A stretch of 58,288 nt of DNA from IMG/VR virus record IMGVR_UViG_3300045988_054519, positions 1 to 58,288 of that record; one strand, written 5' to 3'. Numbering within the stretch: the stretch's first letter is position 1; each line of letters starts with the position of its first letter. A model generated the notes under the pieces. The model was not told where the DNA came from and ran no database searches. It saw nothing but the letters and a program-made list of their open reading frames with translations. Made by a program: the position numbers and the translations under genes. Source of the DNA: a virus. Below are positions 27,853 through 34,240 of this stretch, one piece after another.

Positions 27853-28859
27853 ACATTTTGGAACGGCAAGTCCCTACTACTACAATACCTATCTTGCCAT
27901 TCCAAAAAGTAAAACATAATTAAGATTTCTCTTTATTCACCATACATACAGCCATATTCTGCCACTGTGACGACAAGTCCGAGCCTTTGGGAGCGACCCT
28001 AAGGCTTCTTGCCGCTTTCAAGCACACGCGGGATTGATACCCACAAATTTCACGGTTCTTTCGGAATATTATCGTGTTCGCCATTCGATAATTGTTAGAA
28101 TGAAATCGTGCCATACCGCTACTTTAACGAGTTACTTGTGTTATATTCGGATTTCTCCGGTTTCAAGGCACACTGCTTAATTTGAGATTTTCCGTGATTT
28201 GTCCGTGGTCTCTCATTCCACGAACTTCAACGGATTATTCCTACACCGTAGGCGTCTATTATTCACAGCCACAAGTCCTCTGCCCTTGGCTTCTCTATGA
28301 TGATACACCACGCAAGCATTGTTGACGGTTTCCGTCTCCCTGCCGTACCTCACAGTACAGCAAAAGATATTAGCATATCCGGTATCCCGATTATGCCTAT
28401 CTCGTTTTCTCGCGTGTCTCGGCAAGGCTGAAAAACCTCTCTCCACCGAGATAATCATGTTTTAAACAAAACGGCCGGAGTCGGACCGGCATCAAGGTCA
28501 GAAAGGATGAAAAAACCTTTGCTTCGCCAATTAAGCTACGTTTTGCGCCGGTATGCAAACAACCGCACGTCTGCATACCACATACTTTTAAGAGGAGTTA
28601 TAACATGTCATCCGCCTATCACGGAACGTGGGAAACAAATAAAACCACGGGTTGATTTCCACAATGCCGTTTGTGTGCAGTGGGATACGCACACAAGCAG
28701 ACATCTTAATGTTCTGTCCGAACAAACCCCGCCGAACCGTCTCTCACGGTTCTTAACAGAATAGTCCTAGCGGAGAAAGGGGGTTCATGATAAATATGGA
28801 ATACAGATATATCATGTGGGGAAGAGCCATTCAGCCGTCCATCTGAACCTCTTCCCGAA
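27853..28859 (-). ncRNA. Candidate large structured ncRNA (GOLLD/ROOL-like class or novel), about 1 kb between two tRNAs
   Basis: No credible ORF on the transcribed strand. Many perfect 7-11-bp helices (see finding). Contains an embedded tRNA-like element and looks more G+C-rich than its flanks. Confidence 0.45.
28466..28545 (-). ncRNA. Embedded tRNA-like element with an aberrant anticodon region
   Basis: CAAAACG/CGTTTTG acceptor, GCTT-AATTGGCG-AAGC D arm, GCCGG-TCCGACT-CCGGC T arm. The anticodon stem is either AAGGT/ACCTT enclosing a 16-nt loop, or AAAGG/CCTTT with 9-nt loop TTTTTTCAT. Confidence 0.45.
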
Positions 28860-28930
28860 CGGGAGCAATGGGAATTGAACCCATATCCCGGCAGTCAAAG
28901 TGCCGTGTCTTGCCATTAAACGATGCCCCT
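28860..28930 (-). tRNA. tRNA-Gln(UUG): tRNA-Gln (anticodon UUG)
   Basis: Hand fold: AGGGGCA/TGCTCCC acceptor (A1:C72 mismatch, G4:U69), GTTT/AGAC D stem, CGGCA-CTTTGAC-TGCCG, ATGGG-TTCAATT-CCCAT. No encoded CCA. Confidence 0.8.
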
Positions 28931-28936
28931 TTATGC

Positions 28937-29188
28937 TTAACGCATATTCGTAAGTTCTTTAGCCGCCGCAAGCATAATCTTTTCGTATTTCCTGCGGCTG
29001 ACATTAGCTTTAACAACCTTATCAAGAATGTTACAAGCTCTAACATCATCTGCGTGCTGTTCTGCCAGGTAATCAAATATCTGCAATACCTCACGTTTAC
29101 TTGCCGGCAAAGTGGTGTCTTTATCAAGAATATCCTTAACGCGGTCTCTATAAGATTTTTGCATTTCTGCCAAACTGCTATACAACAT
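28937..29188 (-). CDS. Hypothetical helical protein
   Basis: ATG 29188 follows AAAGGAG. 83 aa, and the stop abuts tRNA-Gln. Confidence 0.6.
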   Translation of the reverse strand: MLYSSLAEMQKSYRDRVKDILDKDTTLPASKREVLQIFDYLAEQHADDVRACNILDKVVKANVSRRKYEKIMLAAAKELTNMR

Positions 29189-29494
29189 TGAGTTACTCCT
29201 TTTTGTTTTTTGGAATATTTTGGGATAGGACTACCGGAAAGCCTTTTTATTTTTGCGGTAGTACGGGAGACTTAGTAGAGCCTTTTGGTGGATCTATCTA
29301 ACCCCCTCCCCCATAGCGGCTAAATTGTGTACCATTTCCAAACAATTAATACAATTCAACGCATTTATGGTTAAGTATGTCGCAAAATATTTATTTTGTG
29401 TCGTTATTAAGGTTTATCGTGTTCGGAAAGCCTTATTTTAAAGGGTTTTTTAAAGGTCTGAATTGTGTCTAAATTGTGTATGGTTTACAACTGC

Positions 29495-30184
29495 CTATTG
29501 TGTCTCATTGTCGGACAATTCCAGGCGTCCGGAGGCGGTCAACTGTGGCAGCTGTGCAGCGGTCAGGCTGTCGCGTCGTGGTCCTTCCTTGATTGCCGGC
29601 GCGGTCTCGGTGTAGCCGTAGTTCGCCTTCAAAGCAAAAATGCAACCGATACGGTTTACTTCCTGCGCTCCACGAATCAAGTTATTCTCACATTCTCCAA
29701 GCCACCTTTTAACCGCGTTTGCGTGAGAAGTACTTAGTTTCTGCTCTATCTCAGCCTCTGGATAATTTAATCTATAACTTTCTATATCTTTTATTATATT
29801 ATTATTACTATCATAATATATATAATTTCTTCTTACTTCATTTTTCCATTTATCAATAGTATCTTTATTTAAACCTATTAATAAACTAAACTCTATAACT
29901 GTTGGGTATTTATTATACTTGTAACATAATCCGGTATACATATCCCATATATTATTTAATAAATCAATGTCGTCATAGTTTGGTTTATTATATTTAAACC
30001 ATTTAACATTGATATATTTTATCATACCGCTAAATAGTGTAGTATTATCTGTTATAGCTGCCGGGTCTGGGAGGTTGTCCACGTATTCATCCGCAAGGCG
30101 GCACATATTACTTACGTAATATTCTGTCCCGTTCTCGGCTTTCTCTGTGTTCCTGCTCGGAATGTAAGTTGTTTTTTTCGGCAT
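29495..30184 (-). CDS. terS: Terminase small subunit
   Basis: 229 aa. C-terminal IGCIFALKANYGYTE block is typical of TerS. ATG follows GGAAGGAGG. First gene after the late promoter region. Confidence 0.7.
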   Translation of the reverse strand: MPKKTTYIPSRNTEKAENGTEYYVSNMCRLADEYVDNLPDPAAITDNTTLFSGMIKYINVKWFKYNKPNYDDIDLLNNIWDMYTGLCYKYNKYPTVIEFSLLIGLNKDTIDKWKNEVRRNYIYYDSNNNIIKDIESYRLNYPEAEIEQKLSTSHANAVKRWLGECENNLIRGAQEVNRIGCIFALKANYGYTETAPAIKEGPRRDSLTAAQLPQLTASGRLELSDNETQ

Positions 30185-30346
30185 CTGTTGGGCCTCCTTC
30201 CTGGAAATAAAAAAAACAAACGAAAAGAAAATACATCAGGCGATTTGTTCTGCTCTGTGTATTTTTTAAAATCGTTTGTTTGTCGTGTGCCGGATTGTTC
30301 CAGCTATCGTATGTGCAATAGCAATATATTGTTGTTGATGACATCA

Positions 30347-30375
30347 ACTATATCACATAGATTTTATTTTATCAA
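30347..30375 (-). promoter_or_regulatory. Sigma-70-type promoter upstream of terS
   Basis: Minus strand TTGATA (30375-30370), 17 nt, TATAGT (30352-30347). About 160-nt leader to terS. Confidence 0.5.
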
Positions 30376-30513
30376 GTAAATAAAAAAAATAATATCGGAA
30401 ATAATTTTGATTTTCACTTGACAAAAAAGAGAAAATGGTGTATTTACGCGCGCACGCGCCCGCTCTCTCATATATTAATACGACTGTTAAGGAGTATTAA
30501 TATATATTTTAAT

Positions 30514-30625
30514 AATCTAAATCTAATCTAAATCTAAATCTAAGTCTCAGGTTACAATTTGTTACAATTCCGTAACATTTTGTATACAAGTTGTATACAA
30601 GTTGTATACAGATTGTAATCAGAAC
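30514..30625. repeat. Repeat hub: AATCTA-type tandem repeats, GTTACAAT iterons and three 11-bp-phased palindromes TTGTATACAA
   Basis: aatctaaatctaatctaaatctaaatcta (30514-30543); gttacaatttgttacaattccgtaaca (30551-30577); ttgtatacaa at 30580, 30591 and 30602. Confidence 0.9.
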
Positions 30626-30667
30626 CGCGCAGCCCCTTATTTTACGGCATTTTTGCGCAATAAAAAA

Positions 30668-30690
30668 GAACGCCCGGAGGCGTTCAATCT
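30668..30690 (-). terminator. Rho-independent terminator after ORF 30698..30886
   Basis: Minus strand GAACGCC-tccg-GGCGTTC followed by TTTTTTATT. Confidence 0.75.
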
Positions 30691-30697
30691 TATTTAT

Positions 30698-30886
30698 CTA
30701 TCCGTTTTTTTTACACATAAGGCACACGCTCGGCGTGTCCGGTGTTACGTCCGTTTTCATACAATCAACGGCATAATGTCCGGGGAACTCGTGCATACAT
30801 GAATTACATTCTCTGGTACCCATGTAACATTCCTCGCGGGTTACTTCTGTAACCTGTTTGTATTTTCTCATGTCCTCTTTGTTCAT
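30698..30886 (-). CDS. Small Cys-rich protein
   Basis: ATG follows GGAGGAGG. 62 aa. CYMGTRECNSCMH..C..CLMC. Confidence 0.6.
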   Translation of the reverse strand: MNKEDMRKYKQVTEVTREECYMGTRECNSCMHEFPGHYAVDCMKTDVTPDTPSVCLMCKKNG

Positions 30887-30995
30887 TTATTCCGCCTCCT
30901 CTCCGACCTTAACAAAAGCTACTAATCCGCTGTAATAATTCATGATTATTTACCATTTGCGTTACTGTAACGCCCTTTCTTTATTTGATATATTC

Positions 30996-31024
30996 ATCAT
31001 AGCGCGCTTGCGCTATGCTGTCAA
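30996..31024 (-). promoter_or_regulatory. Near-consensus promoter with a palindromic operator in the spacer
   Basis: Minus strand TTGACA-gcATAGCGCaagcGCGCTAT-GAT (17-nt spacer; the -10 hexamer TATGAT overlaps the right half-site). Confidence 0.65.
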
Positions 31025-31041
31025 TACCTTATTTTAAATTT

Positions 31042-31269
31042 TTAAAAATATTTGATTTTTTCGGCATCCGTCGGGATGACTTCCAAGATGTCGCCCGGCT
31101 GGCATCTTAATAATAGACAAATCCGGTTGATTATCTCAGGCGTTACCATTTCGCCGGATCTGATTAGTGCCGCCGTCCTGCTTGACAATGTTTTGTTCTT
31201 CAATAATTGCGATTGAGAATATCCGCGCGCCTTGAGTGCTGCGAATATATCTATCTTATATTTCATCAT
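31042..31269 (-). CDS. Small XRE/Cro-type HTH regulator (Aca-like candidate)
   Basis: MKYKIDIFAALKARGYSQSQLLKNKTLSSRTAALIRSGE HTH. ATG 31269 follows GGAGGT. Confidence 0.7.
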   Translation of the reverse strand: MMKYKIDIFAALKARGYSQSQLLKNKTLSSRTAALIRSGEMVTPEIINRICLLLRCQPGDILEVIPTDAEKIKYF

Positions 31270-31326
31270 ATTATTATGTACCTCCATTCTGGAGCGGATC
31301 GGCTCCGGTTGAAAATCTTTAAATCT

Positions 31327-31355
31327 ACTATATAGATTATAGCGCGAAATGTCAA
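31327..31355 (-). promoter_or_regulatory. Promoter of the HTH gene
   Basis: Minus strand TTGACA-tttcGCGCTATAATcta-TATAGT (17-nt spacer). Contains the GCGCTAT half-site. Confidence 0.6.
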
Positions 31356-31388
31356 GATAAATTTTTCAAAAAATATTTGCAAAAGCTA

Positions 31389-31417
31389 TTGACATTATAG
31401 CTTTTGTGCGCTATAAT
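31389..31417 (+). promoter_or_regulatory. Consensus sigma-70 promoter driving the plus-strand island
   Basis: TTGACA-ttATAGCttttgtGCGC-TATAAT (17-nt spacer). The right half-site GCGCTAT overlaps the -10, the same architecture as 30996-31024. Confidence 0.7.
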
Positions 31418-31468
31418 CAAGCTATCAAATAAGAAAGGGCAGCCGCAAAGCTGCAAAGGTAAAATAAA

Positions 31469-31645
31469 ATGGTTGATTTAATTAGTTTTGAGGAAATTGC
31501 CAAAAAACATACTGCCGGCGAATATATAGCCGTCGGCGATGATGGCCGAGAATATCCGGCCTCATATGTTCCAGATTATACGCCGGACGGTGTGATGTTC
31601 TTCTGTATACCGGCATCTGTAAGTATCAAAGGCTTTAATGAATGA
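31469..31645 (+). CDS. Small hypothetical protein (58 aa, below the ORF-track cutoff)
   Basis: My translation: MVDLISFEEIAKKHTAGEYIAVGDDGREYPASYVPDYTPDGVMFFCIPASVSIKGFNE. First ORF after promoter 31389. Confidence 0.45.
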   Translation: MVDLISFEEIAKKHTAGEYIAVGDDGREYPASYVPDYTPDGVMFFCIPASVSIKGFNE

Positions 31646-31827
31646 TGGGTATAATGTTGTATTCGATGATTCAAGTATCAGCGCCGCCGAGAACGAAAGA
31701 AAACGGCGAAAAGTCGAAAAATTCGCATAATTAAGGCAAGCCGGGGCGGCCATAACGGGGTTCAACTCCCCGGATTGCTTTTAACCCCGTTATGGGGTAT
31801 TATAAAACAAAAAGGAGGTCAACAGAT

Positions 31828-32112
31828 ATGACAAAAGTTGACATTGAAGAATTAAAGGAATTGAACTATGAGCAGGGTGCGGAACTCTTAACCGCTGCCG
31901 GATATGCCGAAAGTGACGGAGCCACGGCTGACGCATCAGACATAGCGGATTTCGTCCGGGATAATTATTGGAAACTCTACGATGAGGGCGGCGAAACAAT
32001 CGATACCGTTTCATGGGCGGAATGTTTTAATATTTTGAAACACAACGCCGGCGACCTTGACGACGAGGAGATTATCCGCGCCGGTTGGGAACGTATGGAG
32101 TATGTAGAGTAG
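31828..32112 (+). CDS. Small acidic protein, paralog A (anti-defence candidate)
   Basis: ATG 31828 lies 9 nt after AGGAGG. ELKELNYEQGAELLTAAGY...SWAECFNILK...GWERMEY aligns with paralog B. About 24 D/E against 7 K/R. Confidence 0.65.
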   Translation: MTKVDIEELKELNYEQGAELLTAAGYAESDGATADASDIADFVRDNYWKLYDEGGETIDTVSWAECFNILKHNAGDLDDEEIIRAGWERMEYVE

Positions 32113-32204
32113 CCGCCGCAGAGGATGCGCACCGGTTCAATTCCGGGGCGCGGTGTTACCGCTCCAAGGTGGGCGGATAAATTAAATTTAGGAGGTAACG
32201 AAAA

Positions 32205-32449
32205 ATGGAGTTGCAATGGTATCACGGCCGCGAGGTCACGGAGCAGGAACGAAAAGCAATTACGGAGGCACTCGGAGATTCAATGATGAAGACATTCAAC
32301 GATGGATAGACGATAGCATCATTACGTTGAACGGATGCCGAAACGGTCGGGATTGCGTGTGGATAATTACTGACAATTACGAGTGCGCCGTGTACGTCGA
32401 CAGCTTAAAAGAAATGGCAAACGCGGAAATAGAAAAACAACTGCTATAA
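32205..32449 (+). pseudogene. Split ORF: RBS-led frame A (32205..32309) stops, and the -1 frame (track ORF 32216..32449) carries the plausible C-terminus
   Basis: Frame A after AGGAGG reads MELQWYHGREVTEQERKAITEALGDSMMKTFNDG*. The -1 frame reads ...NDEDIQRWIDDSIITLNGCRNGRDCVWIITDNYECAVYVDSLKEMANAEIEKQLL. Confidence 0.45.
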
Positions 32450-32454
32450 CAACA

Positions 32455-32477
32455 GGGCGGTACATACCGCCCTTATT
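32455..32477 (+). terminator. Terminator-like hairpin
   Basis: GGGCGGTA-ca-TACCGCCC followed by TTATT. Confidence 0.55.
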
Positions 32478-32492
32478 CCGCGCGCCGTGGTG

Positions 32493-32521
32493 TTGACATA
32501 TCCGGCACGCCGGGGTATTAT
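32493..32521 (+). promoter_or_regulatory. Promoter of paralog B
   Basis: TTGACA, 17 nt, TATTAT. Confidence 0.6.
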
Positions 32522-32591
32522 GATTTTATAATTATATTTTTACACACTTTGAATAAGAGTGTAAAACCGTGCAAAAAGGAGGTTGGCAGAT

Positions 32592-32882
32592 GTGATAATG
32601 GACATTGATTTTTTAAAAAAATTAAACTATGAAGAGGGTGCGGAACTCTTGGCACTGGTTGGATATGTGAAGAATTGCGGTGTTACGGCAGTTACCGCCT
32701 GGGCGTCGGAATACGCACAAGACGAATGTTGGATTCTTTACGATGCGAACGGAACAGAATCAGATATAATATCATGGATTGAATATTTCAACTTCTTAAA
32801 GAAACCCCCGCGGAGTGATGCCGATATTGCCATTGCGAGATGGGAGCGCGTGAATTGGCGAATTGCACGCAGGGAGCAATAG
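32592..32882 (+). CDS. Small protein, paralog B of 31828..32112
   Basis: FLKKLNYEEGAELLALVGY...SWIEYFNFLK...ARWERVNW. GTG 32592 lies 9 nt after AGGAGG (ATG 32598 is the alternative start). Confidence 0.6.
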   Translation: MIMDIDFLKKLNYEEGAELLALVGYVKNCGVTAVTAWASEYAQDECWILYDANGTESDIISWIEYFNFLKKPPRSDADIAIARWERVNWRIARREQ

Positions 32883-33113
32883 CAGCGTATCTGTTTTTTT
32901 ATTGGTCGGCAGTAGGACTGGTGTACCCAAAATCTGAAATTGTTCAGAACCGTCAAAAAAATTTTCGGAAATTTCACACAAAAATGGAAAAATGTTGAAA
33001 ACGGTTTTTCTAATTTAAAAAGTGCTACCCAGGGGGGTATTTTGAAAAAGGCATTATAATTTTGCAGAAAAACAAATTCTAAAAAACTTAAAATTGCATT
33101 TTTATAATAAAAT

Positions 33114-33908
33114 TCAAGTACCCAATGGGGTATTTTTGCGGTTGACTTGTTTTTTGCTTTGAACTGTTTTTATATCTTCCAACGCTTCTTCTATGCTCAT
33201 GCCCTTTTTTATAACTCTAAGGTACAATCTACTATATGTAGTTCCGTTAGATTTTGCTATATCTTTTAAATTAAACTCTTTGCCGTTGATTATAAAATTT
33301 TTAGATATTCTTCTATTCATAACCTGTTCTTTAGATGTCGCCCACCTGCAGTTATCAGGGGAATATCCATCATTGTTATTTATACGGTCAATAGAAAGAC
33401 CATTTCTATATCCATTATCAATAGACCATTTGTAAAAGTAAAAAAAACCGTCTTTTCCGCTCCATTCATCGCATACTCTTATTCCTCTTCCACCATACTT
33501 TTCATATCTAGTGTTTGATTCTAGTTCGCACCTTGAATGCATTCCAATAAAAATTTTATATATACTTAAATTTGAATATTTTTTAGGAACTCCACAAAGT
33601 TCTTTCATATTTTTTCTGTGCAAGCGCACTTTTTTTGTATGTTGTGACTTAATACTTGACGAGGTATATTTGTTGCCAAAATAGCAATTATCAGGGCAAT
33701 AATTTTTTGATCCATCTTTTCTATTCAATCGTAGATTTTTATTCCAACCGTTTTCTTTACACCATTTTCTAAATTTTTCTCTGTCTTTCCATTCATCGCA
33801 GACCTCAATTCCTTTAGCACCGTAATCCTTATAAGCTATGGATTTCTCATTATAACATCTTTTCATCATTTCATAATGCAAACCACCAATGGTATCTAAA
33901 TTTGCCAT
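33114..33908 (-). CDS. Homing-endonuclease-like protein (duplicated HNH/AP2-like DNA-binding module plus C-terminal HTH)
   Basis: Two copies of Y..YG(A/G)(K/R)GI.VCDEW......F..W...NG(W/Y)...L(S)(I/L).R...(D)G.Y.P.NC. Second copy ends RWATSKEQ. The segment is very AT-rich. Confidence 0.55.
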   Translation of the reverse strand: MANLDTIGGLHYEMMKRCYNEKSIAYKDYGAKGIEVCDEWKDREKFRKWCKENGWNKNLRLNRKDGSKNYCPDNCYFGNKYTSSSIKSQHTKKVRLHRKNMKELCGVPKKYSNLSIYKIFIGMHSRCELESNTRYEKYGGRGIRVCDEWSGKDGFFYFYKWSIDNGYRNGLSIDRINNNDGYSPDNCRWATSKEQVMNRRISKNFIINGKEFNLKDIAKSNGTTYSRLYLRVIKKGMSIEEALEDIKTVQSKKQVNRKNTPLGT

Positions 33909-33943
33909 TATAAGCACCTACCTTTCTAATATCTATTATAACA

Positions 33944-33986
33944 TACTTTATAAAGTATTGCAACATACTTTAAAAAGTAGTATAAT
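33944..33986 (+). promoter_or_regulatory. Promoter with two tandem palindromic operators
   Basis: TACTTTATAAAGTA (33944-57, perfect palindrome), TTGCAA (33958-63), TACTTTAAAAAGTA (33966-79, inside the spacer), TATAAT (33981-86). Confidence 0.65.
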
Positions 33987-34006
33987 TCACAAAAAAGGAG
34001 AACGTC

Positions 34007-34222
34007 ATGTCAAAGTCGAAAACATCAGCAGAAGTTAAAAATAGATGGAATGAAAAAAACTATGACCGAATAACTGTTATGGCACCAAAGGGCAAAAAAG
34101 ATGAGTGGCTTGCTTTAGCGAAAAAGAAAGGTTTTAAGGGTCTGAATGGATTTATTATTGATTGTATAAATAATTGCACAGAAAACCAGTGCAACGCGAA
34201 AAAAGTTTCAAAAAAAATTTAA
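34007..34222 (+). CDS. Arc/RHH-like small DNA-binding protein (antitoxin-like)
   Basis: SAEVKNRWNEKNYDRITVMAPKGKKDEWLALAKKKGFKGLNGFIIDCI matches the common ribbon-helix-helix pattern K..Y..I....PKG.K......A...G.S.N.FI. Confidence 0.55.
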   Translation: MSKSKTSAEVKNRWNEKNYDRITVMAPKGKKDEWLALAKKKGFKGLNGFIIDCINNCTENQCNAKKVSKKI

Positions 34223-34240
34223 ATTTTACGGAGGATATAT

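Noticed and set aside
27600-29191. Six-frame ORFs inside the tRNA/ncRNA locus (27600-27923+, 27920-28114-, 28213-28458-, 28507-28764+, 28831-29127-, 28868-29191+)
   Set aside because: They have no RBS, implausible R/C/H/P-rich composition and mixed strands. They overlap hand-folded tRNAs and long perfect helices, so the region is better explained as RNA genes.
30480-30640. Possible CRISPR array (also considered for 1-199/58003-58288 and 49913-49960)
   Set aside because: These are contiguous tandem repeats of 4-27 bp with no unique spacers of 25-40 nt. No CRISPR-like repeat-spacer periodicity occurs anywhere in the window.
31646-31738. Small ORF MMGIMLYSMIQVSAPPRTKENGEKSKNSHN after the 58-aa ORF
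   Set aside because: It has no RBS and lies in a region better explained as a structured leader (hairpins CGCCG..CGGCG and GCGAA..TTCGC).
31562-32225. Minus-strand ORFs 31562-31765, 31790-32014 and 31977-32225 in the plus-strand island
   Set aside because: They are R/P/S-rich, lack an RBS and are antisense to RBS-led plus-strand genes with their own consensus promoters.
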